Source of the DNA: Macrostomum lignano
Taxonomy: Eukaryota
Direction: 5' to 3'
Assembly: GCA_002269645.1 (NCBI GenBank)
Contig: NIVC01001982.1
Span: 1 to 64,000, forward strand
DNA length: 64,000 nt
Shown: one piece after another, positions 34,165-45,786 of the stretch
How the letters are laid out: every line of letters starts with the position of its first letter
How positions within the stretch are numbered: position 1 is the stretch's first letter
Program-made: the position numbers and the translations under genes
Notes under the pieces: generated by a model
What the model was told of the DNA's origin: nothing
The model's database searches: none
Seen by the model: the letters and a program-made list of their open reading frames with translations, nothing else

Positions 34165-34562
34165 TTACCTGATCCAGCTGGGATTTCATTTACTCGGTCC
34201 AGCTGGGATTTCATTTACCTAGTCAAGCTGATATTTCATTTACTCGATCCAGCTGGGATTTTTTTACTCGGTCCAGCTGGGATTTCATTTACCAGATCCA
34301 GCTGGGATTTCATTTACCTAGTCAAGCTGATATTTCATTTACTCGATCCAGCTGGGATTTTTTTTTACTCGGTCCAGCTGGGATTTCATTTACCAGATCC
34401 AGTTGGGATTTCATTTACTCGGTCCAGCTGGGATTTCATTTACTCGATCCAGCTGGGAATTCATTTACCTGATTGAGCTGGGATTTCATTTACCTGATTG
34501 AGCTGGGATTTACCTGATCCAGCTGGGATTTTACCTGATCGAGCTGGGATTATTACCTGACC
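34165..34562. repeat. About 25-27-bp minisatellite built on (G/T)CCAGCTGGGATTTCATTTAC
   Basis: Directly visible; about ten CAGCTG sites. Confidence 0.9.
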
Positions 34563-35574
34563 AAGAGTAGGTAATTAAAATAAAAATTAAAGAAGCACAA
34601 GCGATTAACGACAAATAAATATTTACGGCTCAACATTGTGATAAAGATGATTGCAGTGACTGATACAGCCACATGAAAATACAATTGTTTTTATATTGTT
34701 ATCTCATTTTGTATTTAATTAAGCAGACAAAAATTAGTTAACTTGACAATTATGGAAGCTACAAGAATTTAAAGTGGAGATCGAAAAATATGAATTCATA
34801 AAGATAGAACATTATTTTTACTAGCCTACTGATGACCTAAGTAATACAATAGGATTATTACTATATTTTGTATTACACAAGAAGCAATTAAATATTATTA
34901 ATCAGCAGGAAACGAAAAGCAGAAGAGAATGACCTGCAACTAAAAGCCAGCTAAAGCAGTTATAGCTCGTAAAAGCACAGATTTAGGCTAGAAGAAGACG
35001 CCAAATCATCTCTATAACCTGTGACGTAATTACATCATCGCTTATTTACCAAAGGAAGACACTAATCAATTTACATTATAATGTTAACACTTTAATAGGA
35101 CATACAACATAAAGCAGATATATTTAATGAGCTCATGTCATCAAAAGCTAATCTCTAAGCAATACTGCATATCGTCAACTATATAAGTAAAACTACTAAC
35201 TAACAAGTAGTTGCATGCGTTCGTGTAGCCTAGAATTTATGCAACAAAATTTACTAGAGTTAAAATTTACAACTCAAGCAAGATTAACATACTTTAAGTA
35301 GTATTTAATGCGAATGATAGGCCTGGTTAAAAACCGCCTTAAAATAGGGTAAGCGAGGAACTGTAAGATGCTTATTAACAATACACAAAGGTTAAATATA
35401 CCAATTATACAAGCAATATAAGCTTTACAATACTGACGGACTGACATGCACACAACATTGAAAATTAAAAAAACGCAACATGAGTGGCATAAAAACACAA
35501 AGGCAAAGGAAAAACTATTCAATCGTTACCTAAGCATCCCGCAGAGCTAAATCTTCGAGCGTAAAAGATCCTTC

Positions 35575-35993
35575 CAGTCAATCAGAAAGCAACAGAAATC
35601 TAATAAACCTCTCCCAGCCAATCAGAAAGCAACAGAAATCAATGAACCTCTCCCAGCCAATCAGAAAGCAACAGAAATCCAATAAGCCTCTCCCAGCCAA
35701 TCAGAAAGCAACAAAAATCTAATAAACCTCTCCCAGCCAATCAGAAAGCAACAGAAATCTAATAAGCCTCTCCCAGCCAATTAGAAAGCAACAGAAATCT
35801 AATAAGCCTCTCCCAGCCAATCAGAAAGTAACAGAAATCTAATGAACTCCTCTTAGCCAATCAGAAAGCAACAGAAATCAATGAACCTCTCCCAGCCAAT
35901 CAGAAAGCAACAGAAATCTAAATGAACCTTTCCCAGCCAATCAGAAAGCAACAGAAATCTAATGAACTCCTCTTAGCCAATCAGAAAGCAACA
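35575..35993. repeat. 40-bp minisatellite, about 10 copies, each containing AGCCAATCAG
   Basis: Directly visible; unit AATAAACCTCTCCCAGCCAATCAGAAAGCAACAGAAATCT. Confidence 0.93.
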
Positions 35994-36617
35994 CTCATGC
36001 GTACTACAAGGCACCACAGAGAGGAGTTTAACACAGACAATAAAACTATAAACAGAATGCAATGATTAATATAAAAAACAAGAGAACTGAATGGGTACAA
36101 AACAAGAGTAATTAATTTCACGTCTCACCTCTATAATTTTGTTCATATCGATAGATTATTAATCGAAATTTAGCTTCACAAATAAACACTTAATTCGTTA
36201 GACGTTATTGTATTAATTCATATTATACACTTAATATACATCACGGGTCTGCCAACAGACCCAGGAGCCAGTTGAGAGCAAAACTAGGCGTGTACAGAGA
36301 AGAGATCTGTAGAAGCAATACATAAATATTCAATATTATGGCGCTGATAGGCACTTATAAACATTTGATAGTAATGGAGAGCGTATCTTTACGATTGAAA
36401 ATCCCGTCGAACTTTTCACCCGGAATTTCGCCCGGAATTTTTTGCGTTCACCCGGAATTTTTTCCTATTCCAGTAATGCAATCTGATCCGGGTGGAAATT
36501 CCGGATCTGTAACGAAAGTTTACAGAATCCGGGCGAAATTTCCGGATCAAAAAGAAAAATTCCGGAAAATAGACCCGGATCGCTAAAAAAAATCCGGTGA
36601 CTGTTCCGGGTGCGATC

Positions 36618-36975
36618 CGGGCGAGTGGAACGGATCAGCACACAAATCCGGGCTAAATTCCGGGCGAGTGAACCGGATCAGCACACAAATCCGGGCTAAT
36701 TCCGGGCGAGTGAACCGGATCAGCACACAAATCCGGGCTAATTCCGGGCGAGTGAACCGGATCAGCACACAAATCCGGGCTAATTCCGGGCGAGTGAACC
36801 GGATCAGCACACAAATCCGGGCGAGTGAACCGGATCAGCACACAAATCCGGCCTAATTCCGGGCGAGTGAACCGGATCAGCACACAAATCCGGGCGAATT
36901 CCGGGCGAGTGAACCGGATCAGCACACAAATCCGGGCTAATTCCGGGCGAGTGAACCGGATCAGCACACGAATCC
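36618..36975. repeat. 42-bp subterminal tandem array at the left end of the TIR element
   Basis: Unit GGGCGAGTGAACCGGATCAGCACACAAATCCGGGCTAATTCC; 14-aa period in the ORF track. Confidence 0.92.
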
Positions 36976-37566
36976 AGGTGAATTCTGGATGATTGAACCG
37001 GATTTGCAGCCAAATCTTGGGCTTATCACAGTAGCAGAAAATTAAATAAAGAACGGGTCATTGTTCCATACATTTTCCACGACTACGAATTGAATCGAAT
37101 TCGATTTAGCCGTCCACGAACAGAAATACAGAATTCAGTTGTGCACAACTGCAAATCGTATATTTCTATGCACTTCTACGTACTTTCAGAAACAAAAAAT
37201 GCTGACCTTCTGAATGTCACTCGGATGGGCAGCTGGACTTCGATGCTACCATCAACTTTTTTTGAAGCCGTATACGGTTTTATATACCTTATCGCGACAT
37301 TGGCTACTCTTCAGGGATCCCCATCGCCTACCTCTGATTGCATCTGTCAGATGGGTCACTCGCTATACAGCTAATTAGCTAGTTAACTCAAGTCAGCTGA
37401 CTTGTCTATTCACTTGCTTAAGAATTGTAAAGATCTCCGCAAAAATTAAGGAACGACTTTGGTCTCATTTTCCAGGACCTATCAGGGCTCATAAATGTAG
37501 ACAGCCAATGTCTCGAAGAGCGTTTCTAATGAAATCGAATCCAGCAAATTTGGCCTTAACAAAAAG

Positions 37567-38242
37567 CTAGAAATTAATTGCAAATAAATGCGGTGGTGGT
37601 GTTATGCACTCGATCTTGGACATCGCCCGCATTTCACTCCTCGAGTAGCTCGCCGTCTGGAAATATATGTTTCCAGAAGTCGGCCCCTCATTTTCGGCAG
37701 CACTGGCGATTCGTCGCGCCTTCACCTGGTCCGCCTTCTTTTGCCGCTCTGCGGCTGGCCGAGATTGAAAGAGCACTGCCTGGCTTCTCGCCACGGTCGT
37801 GTCGGATTCCGACGAGCTCGTAGCGGAGATAGCTTCCAATCGAAGAACTTCAGCTTTCATCTGACGATTTTCGGCTTGAGCCTCCGACAGCTTTTCACGA
37901 ACTCCGCTCAATTGATGGCCTATTAAGTACATAAAAATGAGGAGAGTGGCGAAGCAGATTCAAACTTAAGTATCGACAACACTTAAATATATACGAGGCT
38001 GCTAACGTCTTCTAGTATATGCATAAAAAACTTACACAGTTCGTCCTCGGCTTCGCCTTGGGCCCGAATCTGATCCATCATTGTGGTGCATGACGGGCAT
38101 CGTGACGGCTGCGGTTGCTGCGATGGCACACGCGCCAAAGCAGTCGCTTCAATCGCTTGGGCCTTTCTATCCAAAGGCCCCTTCCAGAGAGTGGCGGAAT
38201 ACCGGGATCCGGTACTCTTGTTAGCAGCCGTGACAACGTGAT
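37567..38242 (-). CDS. Putative spliced coiled-coil ORF inside the TIR element (exons about 38242-38036 and 37919-37567); function unknown
   Basis: Perfect GTAAGT donor at 38035 and TAG acceptor at 37920 (116-nt intron) join two open frames in phase 1: ...RCPSCTTMMDQIRAQGEAEDELC|HQLSGVREKLSEAQAENRQMKAEVLRLEA. Confidence 0.5.
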
Positions 38243-38669
38243 CTGCTCACGGCTGGTGCAACTGCAAACGCCTTAGACAAACCAATGGAGCATGCACCGA
38301 CAAAAATCGGATTAGCGTCTATCTTAATAGGAAAGCTGCTTTGCATACTGGGCCAGTTAGAGCTATTTGGAACTATGCCACAGTCTCCGTCTAGACACCC
38401 AGCTGTGCCAAACAATATGGTTGGCTGATTTTATGCTTCTAAGCGTCAAATACTCGTATGACGATAGAATCATTCAGCCCGTTGACACACTAAGCAGCTG
38501 TGATAGACTACATGCCAGTGGAAGTCAAACCTCTCGCACACAAACAGGGCGCAACAATTTTTCAATTGTCACCTGTACGGAGGATGGGCTCAGCCTCACA
38601 TTACGGACGCTACAGTGCCGCCGTAAAGCAGATAAGTTGTCTCATCAAAGCGAGGCTTTATTACCCCTC

Positions 38670-38990
38670 GCAGGTCAGCTTATCAGCTGCCTTGAGCCAC
38701 AACAGAAGCGAGGATTGATTATCCATCGCAGGTCAGCTTATCAGCTGCCTTGAGCCACAACAGAAGCGAGGATTGATTATCCATCGCAGGTCAGCTTATC
38801 AGCTGCCTTGAGCCACAACAGAAGCGAGGATTGATTATCCATCGCAGGTCAGCTTATCAGCTGCCTTGAGCCACAACAGAAGCGAGGATTGATTATCCAT
38901 CGCAGGTCAGCTTATCAGCTGCCTTGAGCCACAACAGAAGCGAGGATTGATTATCCATCGCAGGTCAGCTTATCAGCTGCCTTGAGCCAC
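38670..38990. repeat. 58-bp tandem repeat, about 5.5 copies, inside the TIR element
   Basis: Units start at 38670, 38728, 38786, 38844, 38902 and 38960. Confidence 0.95.
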
Positions 38991-39614
38991 ACGATATGGT
39001 TACCGACCATAGTAGTCCGTATAGACTACTCTAGACGTGATCTGCTCACGGCTGGTGCAACTGCAAACGCCTTAGACAAACCACTGGAAGCATGTACCGA
39101 CAAAAATCGGATTAGCGTCTATCTTAATAGGAAAGCTGCTTTGCATACTGGGCCAGTTAGAGCTATTTGGAACTATGCCACAGTCTCCGTCTAGACACCC
39201 AGCTGTGCCAAACAATATGGTTGGCTGATTTTATGCTTCTAAGCGTCAAATATGACGATAGAATCATTCAGCCCGTTGACACACTAAGCAGCTGTGATAG
39301 ACTACATGCCAGTGGAAGTCAAACCTCTCGCACACAAACAGGGCGCAACAATTTTTCAATTGTCACCTGTACGGAGGATGGGCTCAGCCTCACATTACGG
39401 ACGCTACAGAGCCGCCGAAAAGCAGATCAATTCACATTGCAATTTCGAGGCTTTATTACACCTCGCTTTCCAAGAGGAATTAGCGCCGTTGACCAAATGG
39501 ATGCCAGGGATTGCCTGATGGGATAGCCATTTGCTGGGGTCTGTATTCAGCGGTTTCCCATCGGAGGCTTCCTCTCAAAATCCCCATGGAACTTATATAA
39601 TGGATGCCGGATTG

Positions 39615-40235
39615 ATTCCGACTCAAGTCCCAAAATTTTCCCGGATCAGCTTCGCCTGGAATTTGGCTGAAATTCGGGTCAAGGGAGCTGATCCGGGTGA
39701 ATTTTCCGGATTATTTGGTCCGGATCACTGGGGAATTCCGACTCAAGTCCCGAAATTTTCCCGGATCAGCTTCGCCCGGAACTTGGCTGAAATTCGGGTC
39801 AAGGGAGCTGATCCGGGCGAATTTTCTGGATCATTTGGTCCGGATCACTGGGGAATTCCGACTCAAGTCCCGAAATTTTCCCGGATCAGCTTTGCCCGGA
39901 ATTTGGCTGAAATTCGGGTCAAGGGAGCTGATCCGGGTGAATTTTCCGGATCAGTTGGTCCGGATCACTAGGGAGTTCCGACTCAAGTCCCGAAATTTTC
40001 CCGGATCAGCTTCGCCCGGAATTTGGCTGAAATTCGGGTCAGGGGAGCTGATCCGGGTGAATTTTCCGGATCAGTTGGTCCGGATCACTAGGGAGTTCCG
40101 ACTCAAGTCCCGAAATGTTCCCGGATCAGCTTCGCCCGGAACTTGGCTGAAATTCGGGTCAGGGGAGCTGATCCGGGTGAATTTTCCGGATCAGTTGGTC
40201 CGGATCACTGGAGAATTCCGACTCAAGTCCCGAAA
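39615..40235. repeat. 120-bp subterminal tandem array (5 copies plus a partial) at the right end of the TIR element
   Basis: ATTCCGACTCAAGTCC recurs at 39615, 39735, 39855, 39975, 40095 and 40215. Confidence 0.95.
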
Positions 40236-40524
40236 TCTCACCCGGAACATTTTCACCCGGAACACTACTGAAATTCGGGTCTACACCCAGAATTCCATAG
40301 TGTTCCGGGTGAAAAATTCCGGAAAATCAGACCGGAACAGCTTTCCTTTTCCCGAAAATTTTCCGGATCATATTTCCGGATCTTTTTCCGGAACAAGGGG
40401 CTGTTCCGGGCCAAAAAAGCTGATCCGGGCCTTCACCCGGAAATCAATTAAAAATCGGGCCCGGATCACAAAATTCCGGAAAAAATTCCGGGTGAAACGT
40501 TCGACGGGATTCTATTGTTGACAT

Positions 40525-40808
40525 CCTTGGCTACGCTAGCAATCTATTATTCTAATAATTATACACTTGGCTAGACTAGCAATCCATTCTACTGATTATA
40601 TCCTTGGCTAGACTAGCAATCCATTCTATCGATTATATCCTTAAATAGACTAGCAATCCATTCTACTGATTATATCCTTGGCTAGACTAGCAATCCATTT
40701 TACTGATTATATCCTTGGCTAGACTAGCAATCCATTTTACTGATTATATCCTTGGCTAGACTAGCAATCCATTTTACTGATTATATCCTTGGCTAGACTA
40801 GCAATCCA
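40525..40808. repeat. 37-bp minisatellite ATCCTTGGCTAGACTAGCAATCCATTTTACTGATTAT, about 7 copies
   Basis: Directly visible. Confidence 0.92.
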
Positions 40809-40897
40809 GCCTACATTTCTAAAGTACAAATCGGTAAAAAAAGTGCCTTAGCGCACGCAGAGTTTTAAACATCAAGCAGCTGAAAGACCCAAGCAGC

Positions 40898-43800
40898 TTA
40901 AAGAATCTCGCAGGATATATAGTAGTTACAACAGTAAAATCCGCGCTCTTCAATAGGCCTCGGCGGTATCAAATCAAGGTCATCAGCGTCCTGCTGATCG
41001 TCCAGATTGTAGCCATCTTTCAATAGTTGGTCGCGAATCTCGGCGTTAGTTAACCGGCGCATTGTGTGGGAGTCGTAGTAGGTGACGTCATCGTCTTCGT
41101 TGCTGAGGGCGATGGAAGAGGGATTTGAGATTGTGGCTGACATTGCTAAGGGGTGATTTTAAAGGATTATACGGGGTGATTCTTAGGGATGTTAGGGGCG
41201 AATTTTTGGGACGTTTAAGGGCGATTCATAGGGAACTTAAGGCGCGATTCTTGGGATTTTAAGGGCCGATTCTTAAGGAGTTTTAGGGGCGATTCATAGG
41301 GATTTTAGGGGCGATTCTTAAGGAGTTTCGGGGCGATTTTTAAGGGCGTTTAAGTGGCGATTCTTAGGGATTTAAATGGGCGATTTCTAGGGGTGTTTAA
41401 AGGGAGATTCCTAGGAAACTTAACGGGCGATTCTTAGAGAGTTTAAGGGGAGATTCTTAGGGAGTTTAAGGGGAGATTCTTAGGGAGTTTAAGGGGAGAT
41501 TCTTAGGGAGTTTAAGGGGAGATTCTTAGGGAGTTTAAGGGGAGATTCTTAGGCAGTTTAAGGGGCTATTTTTAGTGGTGTTTAAAGGGAGATTCCTAGG
41601 AAACTTAACGGGCGATTCTTAGAGAGTTTAAGGGGAGATTCTAAGAGAGTTTCAGGGGAGATTCCTACAGGAGTTTAAGGGGAGATTCTTAGAATTTAAA
41701 GGGAGATTTTTAGGGAGTTAAGGGGAGATTCTTAGGGAGTTTCAGGGGAGATTCCTACAGGAGTTTAAGGGAGATTTAGTGGGAGTTTAAGGGAAATTTA
41801 TTGGGAGTTAAAGGTGAGATTCTTAGGGATTTAAAGGGGCGATTTCTAGGGGTGTTTAATGGGAGATTTCTAGGAAACTTAATAGGCGATTCGTTTAGGG
41901 GAGATTCCTACAGGAGTCTAAGGGGAGATTCTTAGGGAGTTTAAGGGGAGATTCTTAGGGAGTTTAAGAGGAGGTTGTTAAAGAGTTTCAGGGGAGATTC
42001 CTACAAGAGTCTAAGGGGCAATTCTCAGGGATTTCTTACAAAGGGTGAGATTGTTAGTGATTTCAAAATGGCGATAGTTTTTAGGAATTTTCAACTGGCA
42101 AGCTTTATTACCCGAAAAAGCCGACAGAAAATTTATCATTTATATAAAAAACAACAGCTCACTTTTCGTCAGACCCGATGTCAACCAGCGGCTGGCCCTG
42201 TTCGCTCAGATAGTGACCCGAACTGTTTCGCATCGGCACTTTGAGCTTGTCTCTGGACAGCAGATTGTATCGCCGAATGCGGGGTCGCTGGTCTAAAAAA
42301 CATGGCTGAATTAAAGTTATCAATGTACTTTTGTACAATATTCTACTTTAGAAAGGACAACCGTAACCGCAAACAACTGGCAACGCTAACCTGCTTTCTG
42401 CCGTCTCGATCGGCTCGGTTGACTTCGTCGGAACAGGCGAAAGAAGCCGGAGTCGCTGCCTCGGGACACGGCCACCTGGATAGCACGAATAGTTGTTTGG
42501 CGTTAAAGAGCTGCGATATACTACTCACGCGTAAAAGTAGTCTGTCAAGTAAAAAACAGAAATCAAAACTGTGGCGATTTTGTAGATTTTAAAGAACTAC
42601 TTCATGGTTTATAAGGGGTGATTATTGAGCGATATGTTGGGATATTAATGTGCTATGCTTGAGGAGTTTAAAGGGCGATTCTTCAAGATTTTATAAAGAC
42701 CGATTTTTTGGAGGCTTTTAGGAGTGATTCTTAGGAATTTGAACAAGGGGCGATTTTTTAGGTTTTCGAATGCTTTTCTTGGGATTCGAATGCTATGCTA
42801 AGGGACTTTAAAAGGCGATTCTTGGAGTTTCGAAGGTCCTATTTTTGGGATTTTAATGAACGATTCTTAGAGATTTCAATGCAGGCAAGCCGCTATTCCT
42901 GGGAACTTTAATGGGGGATTTTAGGGGGCGATTCTTATGGCTATTAAAGAGCGATTCTTAGGGATTTGAAGGGGCGATTCTTGTGGATTTTAAGAGGCGA
43001 TTATTGTGGATTTTAAGAGGCAATTCTTAAAGATTTTAAGGGGCGATTTTTGTGGATTTTAAGGGGCGATTCTTGTGGATTTTAAGGGGCAATTATTGTG
43101 GATTTTAAGGGGCGATTCTTGTGGATTTTAAGGGGCAATTATTGTGGATTTTTAAGGGGCGATTCTTGGGCATTTTAAGGGGCAATTCTTGGGGATTTTA
43201 AGGGGCGATTCTTGGTGATTTTAAGGGGCGATTCATGGGGATTTTAAGGGACGATTCTTGGGGATTTTAAGGGGCGATTCTTGGTGATTTTAAGGGGCGA
43301 TTCTTGGGGATTTTAAGGGGCGATTCTTGGGGATTTTAAGGGGCGATTCTTGGGGATTTTAATGGGCTATTCTTGGTGATTTTAAGGGGCGATTCTTGGG
43401 GATTTTAAGGGGCGATTCTTGGGGATTTTAAGGGGCTATTCTTGGTGATTTTAAGGGGCGATTCTTGGGGATTTTAAGGGGCGATTCTTGGGGATTTTAA
43501 GGGGCGATTCTTGGGGATTTTAAGGGGCGATTATTGTGGATTTTAAGGGGCGATTATTGTGGATTTTAAGGGGCGATTATTGTGGATTTTAAAGGGCGAT
43601 TATTGTGGATTTTAAGGGGCGATTATTGTGGATTTTAAGGGGCGATTATTGTGGATTTTAAGGGGCGATTATTGTGGATTTTAAAGGGCGATTCTTGGGG
43701 ATTTGAAGGAGCAATTATTGTGGATTTTAAGAGGGGATTTTTGTGAATTTTAAGGAGCGATTCTTGTGAATTTTAAAGAGCCATTCTTCAGGAATTAAAG

Positions 43801-44495
43801 GGGCGATTCTTGTGGATTTTAAGGGGTGATTCTTGGAAATTTTAAGGGGCGATTCTTTAGGACTTGAAGGGGCGATTTTTAGAGGTTTCTAATGGTATTT
43901 TTTGGGAACTTTAATGGGAGACTATAGATAGTCAAATGATGACAAAAAATAGCTGGAAAAAACTCTAGAAAGTATATTTATGCTACTTAAAGTAGTATCA
44001 AAAGCAACGAGCTCGCAACCAAAATTAATAAAATTGCAGAAGCAACGTAACAAAACCTCAACCGTCAGTCCATCACCAATAATTTTTTAATTTAATACCT
44101 ATTTCCATTTTCTTTTATCTAAACACAGCAAGACTTACACGTGATGGAGTTGCATCGCCAGCAGCAATGCTTGCACTATTACTACACACAGTACTGTGAT
44201 TATTATTACTAATCTGTTTTTGTTGGAATTTCTGAAATACAAAAGCAACAGCTAGTTCAATTTATGAAATTTCAGGCAAAATCTCTCAGAATTCAGGTGA
44301 TATTAAGCTATAAAGTACATATCTAGTAGATATTATTTAACATCCAAGAAAACTCACCCTTGGTAAATCTAAATCGTGAATTCCACTGTTATCTTCCTCA
44401 TCATCATGCAATGCTGAATTGCCATTGCCAGTGCGATGCTCTGTTGGATCTGCAGCTGACAGCATGGCACTGCCGCTGCCATCTCCACTTGCCAT
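40898..44495 (-). CDS. FAM219: FAM219-like protein, 4 exons: 44495-44358, 42475-42391, 42292-42163, 41102-40898; 185 aa ending in a CaaX-like CEIL
   Basis: QLLKDGYNLDDQQDADDLDLIPPRP...YCC matches remembered FAM219A QLLKDGYRLDEIPDDEDLDLIPPK...CMCC; KLKVP...PLVDIGSDE matches RLVVP...PLVALDTDSDD. Splice phases 0, 1, 2 give 558 nt, open throughout. Confidence 0.88.
41150..42060. repeat. Degenerate 23-bp minisatellite GGGGAGATTCTTAGGGAGTTTAA in FAM219-like intron 3
   Basis: Directly visible. Confidence 0.9.
42620..43910. repeat. Related 23-bp minisatellite GGGGCGATTCTTGGGGATTTTAA in FAM219-like intron 1
   Basis: Directly visible; core array about 43000-43860. Confidence 0.9.
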
Positions 44496-44824
44496 CTTTT
44501 GTGCTTTGAATTGCCGCTTTGCTGCAGTCTTGTTGCAGACTATTATTTATAGATTAAAGTTTTTGCAAAAACTGCTTTAAGCTTTGAATGATTCACAGTT
44601 TATAGACAGTCAGTGCATCATGCAATTATATATATATTGTAATAAATACAATCTATGCTTAGTTTCTAAGTTTTTTACTAGGCTTCAAGTAGTTCATTTT
44701 TTTAATTTGTCAACTTATGCCTATGTGTCATTAGAGCTCTCGATGAAATAAATGAATGTTGCCAAATATAAATCAAGGAAATAGAATAAAGTTCTATTAT
44801 TGGCATAAGAGATGATGGTTCTGT

Positions 44825-45625
44825 TATCATCTCTGATCTTTTATCTCTCTCCTCTCTTCTCTCTCCCTTCTCCTCTCGCTTCTCTCTCCTCTCCTCTCTC
44901 ATCCCTCATCCCTCACTCTTTCTTTCTCCTCTACTCTCTTCTCTCTTATATTTCCTCTGTACGCTCTTATCCCTCCTCTCTTCTCTCATCTCATCTCTCC
45001 TGTCTCCCTCTGCTATCTCACATCTCCTCTCTCATCTTCTCTTCTCTCTCCCTCTTCATTCCCGTCTTACTCCCCTCTTCTCTCCCATCTATCATATCTA
45101 ATCTCTCCTCTCTCATATCTACTCTCTTTTCTATCATCTCTCTTCTGATTGACTGATCAGGTGCCAAATCCATCGAAATCCTCTTTGTGAAACAGGACTC
45201 CGTTAATATCCTCTCTGTGAAACAGAAATACTTTAAAGTCCTCTCCATTGAACAAAACTCTATCAAAAGCCTCTTCATTGAACAGAACACAATCAAAAGC
45301 CTCTCTGTGAAGACAAATCTATCAAAATTCTTGCCATGAAACAGGACTTCATTAAAATCCTCTCTGCGAAACAGAAATCCTCTCCGTGAAACTGATAACC
45401 ATTGAAGTCCCCTTCGTGAAACTGAAAACCATCAAAATCCTCTCCATTAAACAGAAATCCATCAAAAATCTCTCCATGAAATAGACATCTATCGAAATCC
45501 TCTTTGGGAAACTGAAAGCCATCGAAATCGTCTCCCTGAAACAGAACTTCATCAAATTATTTTCATGAAACTGAATTCTATCAAAATCCTCTCCTTTCAA
45601 CAACAATCTATCAATATAATTTTCG
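44825..45625. repeat. TC-rich low-complexity tract (to about 45150) followed by a degenerate about 30-bp repeat (AAATCCTCTCTGTGAAACAGAA-like)
   Basis: Directly visible. Confidence 0.75.
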
Positions 45626-45751
45626 TCAAGCTGCAATTCATCAATTTTTAATCATAATACCTGACATCTCCATGAAATTGCAGTCCATCAAGACTGCTGA
45701 ATTGAGATCCAAAAGATGCTTTCCATACTTAAAAATATTCAAGGCCTCAGT

Positions 45752-45786
45752 GGTTAGGGTTAGAGTTAGGGTTAGGGTTAGGGTTA
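45752..45786 (+). repeat. Short interstitial telomeric-type (TTAGGG)n tract
   Basis: GGTTAGGGTTAGAGTTAGGGTTAGGGTTAGGGTTA. Confidence 0.8.

Larger units (their letters stand above)
36403..40508. mobile_element. 4.1-kb TIR DNA element with CCC...GGG termini, AT flanks (candidate 2-bp TSD) and CCGG-rich subterminal arrays; CACTA/CMC-related by inference; no transposase recognised
   Basis: Left CCCGTCGAACTTTTCACCCGGAATTT versus reverse complement of the right end CCCGTCGAACGTTTCACCCGGAATTT (25/26 identical); AT at 36401-36402 and 40509-40510. Confidence 0.8.

Noticed and set aside
38670-40235. Regular 58-bp and 120-bp arrays as CRISPR-like loci
   Set aside because: Units are contiguous with no unique spacers, there are no cas genes, and the context is eukaryotic.
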